Positions 1 through 13,670 of a stretch of 64,000 nucleotides of DNA are shown piece after piece. Made by a program: the position numbers and the translations under genes. Every line of letters begins with the position of its first letter. Positions within the stretch are counted from its first letter, which is position 1. The notes beneath the pieces are model-generated. The model saw only the letters and a program-made list of their open reading frames with translations, was not told the origin of the DNA and ran no database searches. This stretch comes from Leucoraja ocellata (taxonomy: Eukaryota), in the NCBI GenBank assembly GCA_036785375.1, contig JAWMAR010000085.1, forward strand, positions 7,750,001 to 7,814,000. Direction: 5' to 3'.

Positions 1-1290
1 TTGGCTCCTCGAGCCAGCACCCTATTCAATGTGATCATGACTGATCATCCACAGTCAGTACCCCGTTCCTGCCTTTTCCCCATACCCCTTGCTTCCACTT
101 GCCCTAAGAGCTCTAACTCCCTCTTGAATGCACCAAGTGAATCGGCCTCCACTGCCTTCTGAGGCAGAGAATTCCACAAATTCATAACTCTGTGTGAAAA
201 AGTTTTTCCTCATCTCAGTTCTAAATGGCTTACCCCCTTATTCTTAAACTGTGGCCCCTGTTTCTGGACTCCCCCAACATCGGGAACATGTTTCCTGCAT
301 CTAGCGTGTCCAAGCCCTTAATAATTTAATATGTTTCTATAACATTCCCTCTCATCTTTCTAAATTCCAGTGAATGCAAGCCCAATCGCTCCATTCTTTC
401 ATCATATGACAGTCCTGCCATCCCGGGAATTAACCTTGTGAACCTACGCTGCACTCCCTCAATAGCAAGAATGTCCTTCCTCAAATTAGGAGACCAAAAC
501 TATACACAATACTCCAGGTGTGGTCTCACCAGGGCCCTGTACAACTGCAGAAGAACCTCTTTGCTCCTATACACAACTCCTCTCGTTATGAAGGCCAACG
601 TGCCATTAGCTTTCTTCACTGCCTGTTGTACCTGTATGTTTCCTTTCAGTGACTGATGTACTAGGACACCCAGGTCTCGTTTTACTTCCCCTTTTCCAAA
701 CCTGACAACATTCCAATAATTATCTGCCTTCCCGTTCTTACCTCCAAAGTGGATAACCTCACATTATACTGCATACAGGTTCGACCAGTCCCGACGCGAG
801 GTCCGATCGCCCGGCGCGGGGGAGCTGACATCCCCCCGATGCGGGAGCTTGATCGCCTCGACACGGAGGGCCCGAATGCTGCCGGCTACGGGAGTCAAGA
901 TCATCCCGTCAACGGGGGCTCGAGGTCCACGACCGAGGAAGAACAAAAGGAAGAGACTTGAACTTTATTTCACCTTCCATCACAGTGAGGAATGTGTAGG
1001 AGTCACTGTGGTGGATGTTCATGTTAAAATGTGTTTTCAAGTGATCTGTTGCTTTTAATTGTATCACTGACCTGGCCAATAAAATTCCTCGTATGTTGCA
1101 AAACATACTTGGCAAATAAAGTGTGATTCTGATTCTGATTCTGATCTGTCATGCATCTGCCCTCTCACTGAACCTGTCCAAGTCACTCTGCATCCTCGAA
1201 GCATCCTCTTCACAATGCACACTGCCACCCAGCTTTGTGTCATCTGCAAATTTGCTAATGTTACTTTTAATTCCTTCATCTAAATCATTA
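1..1290 (-). mobile_element. CR1 3' fragment interrupted by an insertion at 775-1144
   Basis: Reverse strand encodes degenerate RPHLEYCV/FADD-region sequence of the same family as 28010-28770. Confidence 0.85.
775..1144 (+). mobile_element. Short retroposon with CpG-rich body and LINE-type tail (Rex-Babar/L2-like)
   Basis: CpG-rich 5' half, stem-loop gtatgttg-caa-aacatac, AATAAA and a (GATTCT)3 tail. It splits the CR1 cleanly. Confidence 0.6.
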
Positions 1291-3147
1291 GATTAAGTGC
1301 AATGTCTGCAATGGGGTAGAGGTGAATAGAACAGTGCCCTAGTTTATGGATAGATTGTGTAGAAACCTGATAACAGAGGGGAAGAATCTATTCCCAAGTC
1401 TGGTGGTGCGAGCTTTCAAGCTTCTGTACCTTCTTCCAGACGGGAGCAGGAAGGAGTAACAAGGATGAGACAAGTCATTGATTATGTTCTCCACTCTTCA
1501 GAGGCAGTGTGAAGTGTAGATGGAGTCATCTGGTCTGTGTGATGGACTGAACTACATCTAAAACTCTATGCAATTTCTCATGGTCTTGAGCAGAGCTCAA
1601 TCATGTCCACTTTGGCCCCATAGTTGCTGATTGGGGCATGTACTCCACCATGCTTCCTGAAGTCGATAACTCACATTTTCTAGTGTTAGGCCCATGAACA
1701 AAATGTTACCTGGTCACTGCGTCTAACTGTTAGCTCCAAATTTCTGAGCATCTATTCCATGCAGTAATTTGTTCCCAGAAACCAACTTACAAAGAGGAAT
1801 TGTTTGATTACATGGCCACTTGTCACCGTGCAGCCTGAGGAACCTGCAGTCCATGAGTTACTTTTGAATAGCCAGCAGGAGTAACATTACATTTGGCATG
1901 ATAATGTGTGAGTGCTTTGATTAATTATTAATTTGGAGCACATTTGCACAAGAAAGATGCAAACACAGCAACTACACAGCAGCTTTTTGGATATAAAACC
2001 TGTTGTACATCACATTGATGACCTCAATGAATATTGCAAGGCAGAGAGAGCGTCAGCGCTCAATTGCTCTAGGGAACGTTAAAAGCAGGAACCGAGGGAA
2101 ATATTTTTTTGTTTATCACCTATGTTTCATACCATCTCGGGAGCTTTCTAGATAAAGTCAAGTTTAATGTAGAAACAAGGAAGTACAGAATCTGGCTTAT
2201 ATCAAAGATAGACACGAAATGCTGGAGTAACTCAATGGGTCAGGCAGCATCTCTGGAGTGACATTTCGGGTTGGAGTCCGAAGAGCCCGACCTGCAACGT
2301 CACCCACCCTTTTTTTCCAGAGATGCTGCCTGATCCGACGAGTTACTTCAGCAATTTGTGTCTGTCTAAGTCAGGTTAAAGTTTAGTATCTTTTACTAAA
2401 CTGCGCAGCAGATGTTTGAATAGGAACCCAAATTTATCCATTGGCAAAACAAGTCTGAAGAAGGGTCCTGACGTGAAACATCACCAGTCCATGATCCCCA
2501 GGGATGCTGCCTGACCCATCGAGTTGCTTCAGCATTTTGTGTCTATCTTTGGTATAAACCAGCATCTGCAGTTCCTTTTTATTATATTTTAAAAACAAGT
2601 TTTTGTTGATTGAAAGATACAGCTTTGAAAGAGGCCCTTTGGCCCACCGAGTCCACGCCAACCATTGATGACACGTTCACACTAGTTCTATGTTATCCCA
2701 CTTTCTCAAGCACTCCCTACACACTAGGGGCAATTTTACAGTGTCCATGCACGTCTTTGGAATGTGGGAGGAAACAGGAGCACCCAGAGCAAACCCACGA
2801 GGTCACAGCGCCACTGTTATTCGAATAATTTACCCTCTGTGCAATTGCTTCATTGACTGGGGAAGAGAAATTTGTTATATGTTCTTGAGGCAATGTAGTT
2901 TCAAATTTGATTCTCCGTGTTATCTGTTGATTCCAAGCAACAGTGGTGAAATGTTTATTTGATGGTGAGTTCCTAGAGACCTGGAACTCAGTGGGTGAAA
3001 AGTGCAGTAGTAGATGAAAGTGGTACAGTGGCGCAGTGGTAAAGCCGCTGTCTCATAGCACCAGAGACCCGGATTTGATTTTGACCTCTGGTCCTGTGTG
3101 TGTGGAGTTTGCACGTTTTCCCTGTGACTACATGGGTTTCCTCCGAG

Positions 3148-4183
3148 TAGGTATGTTACAAAACGTACCTGAATCGTGGCTGAGCATCTGCCCCACCCCT
3201 TGTGTGTGATTTTGGCGCTGTTTAGAGGGGGCGGGTTTAAAACGTGATTTTTACTAGGCTGTTCCAATCGAAAATGTTCAGCCTAGTAAATCATTAACGG
3301 AAAATCGCTGAAAGACCCCGTCGCAAAAGGTATTATTAGTTTTTATGGCCTTGTATAATATTTATAGTAGTTTAAAAATCACTCTCTCACTCCGCAACCT
3401 CTCGCAGCCCCAGGGTTTTATAAAGCAAACAATTAAAGGTATGTACCTTATTTTTACATTAAATGGGGCTTGTTAAGCCTGTTTATAAAGTTTTCTATAG
3501 CGAGTAGTTCATTTTGGGCTCTTTATATCCCGCAGTATTTTTCTGGGCACTTGAGGGCACAAATCCAGCGCAATGTGAACGTTCTAAACCAGCGCGTTCA
3601 CAGGAACCCACTAGAAAGCCGATTTAAATTGACTTTAATTTACAGCAAATGAACACTAAATTCCTTCCATTTGGCCTATAAATTGATGTAAATGAGATTT
3701 AAAAATCATGTTTTATTGTGAATTATTTGTGAATATTATTTGGACACTTGGGCTATTTAAAAATGTTAATCATTTATTAAGAAATGGATAGATGTTTAGA
3801 TATATTAATTGAAGTTTGAAATTAGCTACAATTGGGTAACTAACTAATTATATGCTTTAATTTCAGGTCATCCAAGTAAGATTATTTTATATTTGTTTCA
3901 GAATGCTTCAATCTATGATAACTGAAAATTTCATTCAGTTCTCTTAATTTTTAAGAAGGTTATGGCCTTTTGACTGTCCACGATCACAGCTTTTTTGTTA
4001 TGTCCATAGAAAATCAATAGGGAACAAGATGCTAATTTCCGAGTATGAAAATGGCCATAACTTTTTTATTACTTGAGATATGAAAGTGAATTAGGTGTAA
4101 AATTAAACTTATTGTTATGCTTTATCTGATGGGATAAATTGCAGACTTGATTTTTTAAATCTCAAAATTTTGTAACATTGCTA
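3148..4183. mobile_element. Non-autonomous TIR DNA transposon (hAT-like TAG termini) with 7-bp TSD, inserted in an HE1 SINE
   Basis: Termini TAGGTATGTTACAAAA ... TTTTGTAACATTGCTA. TSD CTCCGAG at 3141-3147 and 4184-4190. The SINE resumes after the TSD. Confidence 0.85.
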
Positions 4184-5109
4184 CTCCGAGTGCCCTGGTT
4201 TCCGCCCACATCCCAAAGACATGCAGGTTTGTAGGTTAATTGGCTTCTGTAAATTACCCCTGGCTATCCCTAGAGTGGAAGAGAAATAGGGTTAATATAG
4301 AACTAGTGTGAACGGGTGATCAATGGTCGGTGTGGACTCAGTGGGCCAAGAGCATAGAATGGCACAAACCAACAATGTCTGCGCCGAACATGATGCCATG
4401 TTAAGCTGATCTCATCTGCCTATACATGATCTATATCCCTTTATTACTTGCAATGGACGACCAGAACCGCACTAAATACTCCAAAGGCAGTCTAATCAAG
4501 GTCCTAGATTTTGTTTCTGTGCTGTGTTTTTCAATCATTGAGTATCTTGCTAATAGCCCAATAGTCTGATTGGGGCTGATTGGGATAAAGGGTGTCCTCT
4601 TTATGGTTAGTGAGCCTGAGAGAGAGAAAAAATGAGGACGTTTTGACTTTAGACGTTAGACATGCAGTGCGGAAACAGGCCCTTCGGCCCACTGAGTCTC
4701 TCCCTCCAGTGATGACCCCGCACACTAACACTTTCCTGCACATTAGGGACAATTTAGAATTTTAGAAGCCAATTAACCTGCAAACCTGTATGTGGTAGCC
4801 ACGTAGCTTCACCCTGCCTTCAATCATAGTGACTAAAGGAAAAATTCCTTGAACAAAATGAAAATCTGTCACTATACTGTATATCTTTGGAGTGTGAGAG
4901 GAAATCGGAGCACCTGGAGAAAACCCATGCGGTCACGTGGAGAACGTACAAAACTCCGTTCAGACAGCACCTGCAGTCAGGATCGAACCCGGGTTTCTGG
5001 TGTAAAGCTGCAATTCTACCACTGCGCCACCGTACTGCCCCAATTTATTATTAATAAAATGTGTTCACTTTTGTCATGCCAGTGACCAGTACATTGTTTG
5101 TCTTCACAG

Positions 5110-5517
5110 ATGCAAGACTAGAAGTCAGCCAACTAAAGCGAAACTTGGTGGTGACGGAGAATGACAATATTCGCCTGAGCTGTGTCATCACAAACCAAAC
5201 CAGCACCGACTCTCAATTTTCTGTCCAGTGGTACGTTCAACGCTCCCAAGAGGAAGCGGACAGGCTGATTCTGAGATCAAACCGGGATTGCATGTTCGAA
5301 TACGGCAACGAGTTGTTGGGGCACGAGAGGAAGGAGAGACTGCAGGCAGCAAAGACTTCCAGTGGCCATTACACCTTGGTCATACACAAGGCTGACATCG
5401 ATGATAGTGGCAAATACTACTGCCTGGTGCAGGAATGGCTGCTGAGTCCCAACAACAACTGGTATAAAGTTGGAATCAACATGTCGGGATTGACTTACGT
5501 CACCGTACAGCGACCAG
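5110..5517 (+). CDS. IGSF3: IGSF3 internal exon, V-type Ig domain (third from last)
   Basis: Acceptor cacAG at 5108-5109 and donor G|GTact at 5518. 408 nt, phase 1-1. Translates to DARLEVSQLKRNL...LSC...FSVQWY...DSGKYYCLVQEWLLSPNNNWYK...VTVQRP, with the Ig-V C/W/DxGxYxC pattern and an EWI-family EW motif. Confidence 0.93.
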
Positions 5518-5747
5518 GTACTCAATCTTTCATCCCCCTCCTCTCTTCCCTGGGGCCCACCTGGACGCTCACTATCTCACCTACCCATGTTCCCCAGAGT
5601 TGCTGCCTGAGTTACAGTTCCTTGTGTTCCCCCCTGAAATTTTCCTTTATATCTTCTATTAAATTCTGAATCATGCATACTTGTGAATAACACTGTGAAG
5701 TATTATCTTTAGAGTAATATCTAACATTTGAAGTAATATTGAAACAG

Positions 5748-6004
5748 TTATCTGAGGGGTGGAGTATTATCTGAGGGGTGGAGTATTATCTGAGGGGTGG
5801 AATATTATGTGAGGGGTGGAGTATTTTTCTGAAGGGTGGAGTATTTTTCTGAGGGGTGGAGTATTTTTCTGAGGGGTGGAGTATTTTTCTGAAGGGTGGA
5901 GTATTATCTGAGGGGTGATTATGTGAGGGGTGGAGTATTACGTGAGGGCTGGAATATTCTCTGAGATTTGGAGTATTCTCTGAGGGTTGGAGTATTGTCT
6001 GAGA
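5748..6004 (+). repeat. G-rich minisatellite, 19-20-bp unit
   Basis: About 13 copies of TCTGAGGGGTGGAGTATT(A/TT), decaying at both ends. Confidence 0.9.
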
Positions 6005-7159
6005 TGCTCCCACTCATCTCCCTTGATAATCCAACAAGAAAATATAAACTGCTGGAGTAAGTCAATGGGTCGGGCAGCATCTGCAGGGGGAATTGGACAG
6101 GCGATGTTTCAGTCGAACCAAAGAACCCGATCTGAAACTTCATCTGACCATTCCCTCCACAGATGCTGCCTGACCTACTGAGTTCTTACTGCACTTGCCG
6201 TTAATCTGCACAATTAATTTCTGATGGCTCTGCTCTTATTGACAACAGAGAGTGTTGTGCACTTGTCTTGCTTCGTGATGGGTGGTGGTCTGTATCATCC
6301 TTCTGAAATTGTCCTTTTTTCTTGCCTTAAATGAAGATTCAAAAGCTATTGCAGATCTTGTTTCCTGGCAGAAGACATCAGATTAATCCGACTAATTACA
6401 ATTTAAGTCCAAGTTATTATCATCTCCGAAGGATTTCAGAGTTATTTGCAGTGTTAATGGAATTGTAATATCCCACAAAATGCTCTGGTGCTCAATTTCA
6501 ATTTTGTGGCCATTACACCCGAGTGGACTTGCCCTGAGTAGTTGTCTCTTTTGATTTGCATGTCAACTAAACTGAATGATTCAGCCTCGGGGTGATTATA
6601 CTTTGTCTTTAGCTTAGTTTATTTTAAAGACACAACTTGCAAACAGGCCCTTCGGCCCACTGAGTCAATGCTGACTATCGACCACCCATTCACACGAGTT
6701 CTGTTCCCTCCCTCAAAACTCTCTCCACTCCTTAAACACCGGGGGCAATTTGCAGAGGCCGATTAACCTCCAGACCCGCAGGTCTTGCGTCAGCCTTCCA
6801 CGCCCCTTTCATTGAGGTGCTGCCAGATTCCCTTGCTCTTGACCCTACCTCACTCCGTTATTGCACGTTAGTTTTGTTTAACTTCCTACACTACAATCTT
6901 TGTACCATTCTGCCGTGTCCGCATTTATCATTTTATTTATTGTTGTTTCTATCATTACTATTTTTCACTGTGAACTTAATGAGCTCATGCAAGCAAGGAA
7001 TTACATTGTACTCTGGTGTGTCTGACAATAAATTTATATATTTCCATCTGAACCAAGAACCAAAATCCACTTTCGTTCGGTCCCCAAAGAGAGAACATTG
7101 AGTATAACAATGAATACTGGTGGTCAGCTCGGCTATAAACTAATACAGCACCTTAATAG

Positions 7160-8275
7160 TCAAGAGTGTTTTATTGTTATATATCCCAAAACGGAACAAT
7201 GAAATTATTACTTGCAGCAGCTCAAATACTGCTCAGTAGATACCATAATAAACAGCAAAAAGAAGATCAGTAAATTAAGACAAAACAATATAGGACAAAA
7301 ACAAAGCCTGAATTTCCTAGCGCCAATAAGGCAGTTTGTAGTTTGGACCTTACTTGGTGTTTGTAGTGCTCAAGAGCCTGATGGTTGCTTTAAAGAAGAT
7401 GTTCCTGAACCTGGAGGTCATGGTTTTCAGGTTCCAGTACCTTCTTCCTGATGGTTGAAGTGAAACGAGAGCATGGCCAGGGTGGTGTGGGTCCTTAATA
7501 ATAAATAATAATAATAATAATAAACTTTATTACGGACTCGAGGTCCAGACAAGGGGCAACATTACATTTTAAAAATGCATTGCATATTAAATATCATAAA
7601 GTACATATAAAATATTAGTATACCACTTATAAAAGCATCATAAATTATATATATTTAAAAACACAATACATAAGTTAAAAATCCAGATTAAAAGAATGAT
7701 CAATGTCCTACAACGAGACAACGATACCAGTGTCTCCACAACTGGGATTCGTAGCGTGTAGTGCTAACCCTTATGTTTGACAAGGCCACAATAATTACAT
7801 TTTTAGAGTCATTTACCCTGCAAATGAATTTATAGATGTGATGTCTTAGAATAGCTTCTAAAGTACTGACTCCTGCAGCCACAAACATATTACTGGCACT
7901 ACACCATCTAGGTTTCCTTAGCAGTGTTCTCATGGCATCGTTATATGCCACCTTTAGTCTCTGCAAACATGTCTTTCCATAGTTCGACCACAGGTGCGCA
8001 GTGTAGAGTGGTGTGCAGTATGCTCCTTGATGAAGCTGGCTGCCTTTTTGAAGCAGCACCTCCTATAGATCCCTTCGATGGTGTGGAGGTCAGTGCCCGT
8101 GATGGACAAGGCAGTGTCCACCACTTTTTGTAACCTCTTTCGTTCCTGGGCGTTGGAATTGCTGAAACAGACTGTGACACAATCAGTCAATATGCTCCCT
8201 ACTGTACACCTTTAGAAGTTCAAGAACACATGTATTGACATACCAAAGCTCCACAAACCAGATGCGTTGATGGGC
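7160..8275 (-). mobile_element. Rex1/Babar-like LINE 3' fragment (interrupted)
   Basis: Translates to ERKRLQKVVDTALSITGTDLHTIEGIYRRCCFKKAASFIK. The tail is shared with many other fragments in the window. Confidence 0.7.
7497..8020 (-). mobile_element. RTE-X-like LINE 3' end inserted in a Rex-Babar-like fragment
   Basis: Open frame AYCTPLYTAHLWSNY...RLKVAYNDAMRTLLRKPRWCSASNMFV to the stop at 7700, followed by AATAAA and an (ATT)n tail on the minus strand. Confidence 0.65.
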
Positions 8276-8449
8276 TGCACCTAAACCAAACACAACTAAT
8301 CCAAACATAGCTGGATGCTGAGGAAGTCCAATTTTCCACTTGGCCAGCCCAGCATCATTTGCAGAATTTCCCACCAGATTGAATAATAATGAAACTTGAG
8401 CAATCAAACTTCCTATTAATTAAATTAAAATTTTGTGTAACCTCCACAG

Positions 8450-8860
8450 ATAACAATTTGCAGACAGTGAAGACGGAAAGGGCTATTTCCGTGCCAGAGA
8501 ACGGTCAGATTCGATTGGATTGCAAGATCAGCAACCGAACCAACTTGGACTCCCAACTCTCAGTGGTGTGGTTTGCACAGAATTCCCTGGATACAGATGA
8601 ATATCCCATTTTCAGCCTGAACCGGAATTCTGTTTTTCAGTATGGTAGCTCAAAGGACAACATGATGAGACTGAGGAATAGACTGCAATATGAGAAACCT
8701 ACCAACGATTTGTACAGTTTGATACTTCAGAAGGCCACCATCTCTGACACTGGCAGCTACTACTGTAATGTGGAGGAGTGGGCAGTCGATCCCAATAATA
8801 TGTGGTACAAACTAGGAGAGGATCAATCTGGATTAACGACTGTCACTGTACAGCAACCAG
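8450..8860 (+). CDS. IGSF3: IGSF3 internal exon, V-type Ig domain (penultimate)
   Basis: Acceptor cacAG at 8448-8449 and donor CAG|GTaca at 8861. 411 nt, phase 1-1. Translates to DNNLQ...LDC...VVWF...DTGSYYCNVEEWAVDPNNMWYK...VTVQQP. Confidence 0.93.
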
Positions 8861-11477
8861 GTACAGTAGAGTTGTTTCAGTGTGGGGAAATGTGTGCTTC
8901 CCATTACCATGAGATGCTAAAACATCAAGTCACCACTTTGGGGAAATGTTTAACTCATAGTTGTATGGTTCAATTAGCTTTTATTAACAAATAGTCATGG
9001 AATTGTAGAGTCATACAGCACGGAAACAGCCCAACTCGTCCACACTAGTCTATATGCTCCATCCAAGTGAGTTCCTATTTGCCCTCGTTTGGCCCATATT
9101 CCTCTCAACCTTTCCTGTCATGTAACTGTCCATGTATCTTTTAAATGTTGTTACAGTACCTGCTTCAAATACCTCCTCTGGCACCTTGTTTAGATTTCCT
9201 ATTAAATCTTCCCTCTCTTATCTTAAACCTATGCTCTCTTGTTTTTGATTCACCTACTCTGGGTAAATGACTGTGCATTCACCCTATCTATTGTCCACGA
9301 TTAATACACATCTTTGAGATCATCTATAACCTGTCAAAATCAATGCATTTTGGTTATCCACTTAGTGGGAAATGTTTCTCATTATTGACTCAATCATAGA
9401 TTCATATAGCATGTCTTTTGGCACAACTTTAGTTTAACGGGTGGCACAGTTGTGCAGCGGTAGAATTGCTGCCTCACAGCACCAGAGACCTGGGTTCGAT
9501 CCTGACCTCAGGTGCTGTCTGTACGGGATTTAAACGTTCTCCCTGTAACCGTGTGAGTTTTCTCCAGGTGTTCTGGTTTCCTCCCACACTTCAAAGATCT
9601 ACAGGTTTGTAGGTTAATTGGCTTTGGTAATTTGTCCCAAGTGGAAGGATAGTGATAGTGTATGGGGATTGCTGGCCAATGTGGACTCGATGGGCCGAAG
9701 AGCCTATTTTTGCACCGTATCACTAAATTATACTAAACAAATGGTTTACTTTGTCTGTGAACATTCACACAAGAGTGGGGTGTGGATAAAGGATAAAACA
9801 GCAGTGTGGCCAGCCAGCTGTCTACAGTAAATTTGGCATAATCTACAGGGGTCATCTTGCAAAGCACAGATGATATTAAATGTACAAAGCCAAGCAATCA
9901 AATCTAATGTTTTAGTGTTGTCCTGCCAGAGGCAATCTCTTTAAAAACTCATTAACACTACCGATGTTAATATTGACTGAATCAGAATCTGACTTTGTTT
10001 TTTTTAACTAATTAAATTGAAATATCACACAAGCACTGTAACATTTAATGATTCTATAACAACATTTAAAAGACATTTGGACAGGTACATGGAAAGGAAA
10101 GTTTAGACAGATATGGGCCAAACGCAGGCTGGTGGGACGTGGCATGTTGGTCGGCATGCGCACGTACGGCCGAAAGGACCCATCTTCACATTCAAAGAAG
10201 GACCCCCAACCAAAATATTACCCATCCACACCCTTCAGAAGTACTGCCTGACCCGTTGAGATACATCACCACTTTATACTCTACGTAAGATTCCAGCATC
10301 TGCAGGTCTACAGTGGACCTTTGCAAACTGCACCTGTGCATCTGAACCAGAATGGCCCAACATCCTTGTGGTGAGTTTGCCACTGCAGATGGGACAGGTT
10401 TACACTTATCTGACAGGGGACTGGGACACGGATATATACTTGGAAGGGAAGGGTTATTGTAGACATTGCTCGTTTGGGTGCAAGGAGGCACGAGAGGAAT
10501 AGATTACTTAACTGCAATATTCTCTAATGAAGGCATGTGGGAATAGCTTGGTTAGGTAACACGGACAAGTTGGGCCAAAGAGCCTATTTCCATTCTGTAT
10601 TAATTACTCTTTGATTCTACGTCAAGGATAGTGACAGATTATTAAAGTTAAATACAATTTGCTCACTTAAGTTGAGGAGCTTGTCCTTAAGAAAGGCAAA
10701 ATATTGGCTGAAGAAGTGCCCCGGCCTGAAATGTCACATATCAATATTCTGCATAGGCTGCCTGATCCGCTGTTATTCCAGCACTATATGTCTTCATTTG
10801 TCCCAACTTCTATACTCGGTACCCTGACTGATGAAGGCAAATGCATCAAAAGCCTTCTATAACACCTCATCCGCTTGTTACGCCACTTTGAGGGAAATAT
10901 GTATCTGCACTCTGAGATCCCTCTGCTCTGCAACATTCCCCATGATCTTACCATTCACTGTTAAAATTCTGAGCCGGTTTGACTTCCCACTGATCTGCAA
11001 TAAACTTAATTAGCCATTGCTCTGCGCACCTGCCCAGCTGATCAAGATCTTGATGTAATTTCTGACAACCATCTTTTGATAGGCAGTACATCAGTAAGTA
11101 TACTAATTGTCTAGGGCACCTAGGATCCACAACAAGAGTCCGATTCACTTGGTGCCTTTGGTACATCCGTCGTTTTTTTATTTTTGGTTGCTTGACGTGG
11201 CCAGAGCTGTTTGATATGATGGGACTTGTTTTAGTCTTTGCCTGAAGGAGACAATGTCAATGTTAGAGTGAATTCAATGAACCTTTACTCACAGAGGGAA
11301 GCCAGATTCATAAGTCAGAGGACCACAGTAGTGTGACCTTAGGACATGAGTTTCCCGAGGCAGCTCAAGATTGGTCGTCTTATTTTAAAGATGGATAGAG
11401 GGCAAACTGTCTTTTGCAGCTTTCCAAACATTGAACATTAAAATATGCTGTCTCTTTATTTTTGATTTCACAAACAG

Positions 11478-11900
11478 AATTTAAAATGCAATTGGATAAA
11501 ACAGAATTGAATATTACCGTCTCAGAGAAGGACCTGTTCCAGCTCAGCTGTAATGTGACCCAACAAACTCAAGATAACTCTCGATTTGCTGTGTACTGGT
11601 TTGCTTGGAAGGTCAAAGAAGACATTGATGGGATCGTCAAGGAGACGATTCTGAAAGTTGATCACAATTCGGTATTTGGTTTCGAAGCCTTGACGGACAG
11701 GGCTAAAAGCATGAAGGACAGATTGCAGTTCGAGAGGCCATCCAACGGATTGTACACTCTGACAATACATAATTCAGGCAGAGGTGACACAGGGAATTAC
11801 TACTGCAACGTAGAGGAGTGGATTCAAAATGCCAACAACATCTGGTACAAACTTGGAGAGGATGAGTCTGGGCTGCTTACTGTCACTGTTCAAAGCAAAG
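11478..11900 (+). CDS. IGSF3: IGSF3 internal exon, membrane-proximal V-type Ig domain
   Basis: Acceptor acAG at 11476-11477 and donor AAG|GTaat at 11901. 423 nt, phase 1-1. Translates to NITVSEKDLFQLSC...SRFAVYWF...DTGNYYCNVEEWIQ, containing the literal EWI motif. Confidence 0.93.
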
Positions 11901-13670
11901 GTAATTTATCATAGAAATATAGAATGATGACAGGTGGCTATTTGGCCCATTATGTCCAGTGCAGCTCATACAGAATATGATTCCAACTACACACTGTGTT
12001 AAGAGATTTTCCCAACACTGTTCTTAATTAATGGAATATGAAATATAGCACATGGAACATAGAACGGTACAGTCCACAATGTCCATGCCAAACATGATGT
12101 CAAAATCAATTAATCTCCTCTGCCCACACATGATCCATATCCCTGCAAATCAATTTACCTATCTTGGGGCAACACAATGATAGTGTTAGAGTTGCTGCCT
12201 TACAGCATCAGAGACCCGGGTTCGATCCTGATTACAGGTGCTGTCTGTACGGAGTTTGTTCGTTCTCCCTGTGTTTTTTTCTGGATGCTCTGGTTTCTTC
12301 CCACTCCAAAGACGTACAGGTTTGTAGGTTAATTGGCTTCGGTAAAATTGTAAATTTTCTGACCTTCGGTGCTGTCTGTGCGACGTTTGCATATGCTCCC
12401 TGTGATCATGTGGGTTTCCTCCGGGTGCTCCGGTTTCCTCCCACATTCCTAAGGCATGCGGGTTTGTGGATTAATTGTCTTCTGTAAATTGCCCCTCGTG
12501 TGTAGATGGGATAATGTGAAATTGGGATAACATAGAACTGGTGTAGGGGGTGATTGGTGGTCGGCGCGGACTCGGTGAGCCAAAGAGCCTGTTTCCACGC
12601 TGCATCTCAAAAAACTAAATTATGGCCTTTAAAGATTTATGGAGAACATGAAAGGATTTAGACATTTAAAAGGTAATTGAACACCTGTTTCTTCCATGTG
12701 TGAGTGACTGACTTGCTGACTTTGCGATGCTCTCTGGAAATAACCCAACACCCCTTCCTTAGAGCCGCAGTGAAGGGTCAGCTGCATTATGTGACCAGGG
12801 CACTTGGAGTTGGGTTTGAAAATCACAATCATCTGGCCGGGAGATAAGGGAACTATTATAGAGCTACAAACACTATAGAATGGAGTCCAATGAAATCCGG
12901 CTGCAAAATAATTAATATATTTTACATTACTTCTGAATTTGTCTCATTGTATCTGAACTTGTCCCGTTGGTGCATAAAAAATGACTTAATCTGAGAGTCA
13001 AACGTTTATTTTATCATTCTGTACCACCAAGGCATGATGAATTCTAACCAAATATCTGTTTTTTATGTTTAAAAATAAATGTGAAATATATTAAATTTTA
13101 TCTTGGATCAATATTGGTATGCGAGTTCAGACACATCTTGTAACTTTGGCACACTTTTATAGAACATAGAACAGTGCAGAAACAGGCGCCTCGGCCCACA
13201 ATGTCCGTGCCAAACAGGGTGTGAAGTTAAAATAAACTCCTCTGCTTGCATCTGATCCAACCCCTTCATTCCCTGCACATCCATGCTTCTATCTAAAAGT
13301 ATCTTAAACATCACTATCTTATCTGCCTCCACCAACACCCCTGGTAGTATTCCTGATACCCACCACTCTGAAAAGAAAAACGCTTCCCCATACATCTCCT
13401 TTAAACTTTGCTCCTCTCACCTTCCAGCTATGCCCCCTAGTCTTTGACAACCTTGGGAGAGGGGGGGGGGGGGGGGAGATTCTGCCTGTCTGCCCTATCT
13501 GTGCTTCCCATAATTGTATATACTCTATCAGGTCTACCCTCAACTTCCAACACTCCAAATTCGTCCAACTTCTCCATATAACTAAGGTACTCATCCAAGA
13601 AGCATTCTGGTAAATCTCTTCTGCTCCCTCTCCAAAGCCCCCACATGTTTCCTATAATGGGGCGAACAGA

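Noticed and set aside
5748-6004. CRISPR-like array
   Set aside because: Head-to-tail units with no unique spacers, in a vertebrate intron, with no cas genes.
8450-11900. Lineage-specific duplication of Ig exons, suggested by their similar C-terminal halves
   Set aside because: Each exon corresponds one-to-one with the recalled last three domains of vertebrate IGSF3, so the similarity is ancient internal homology.
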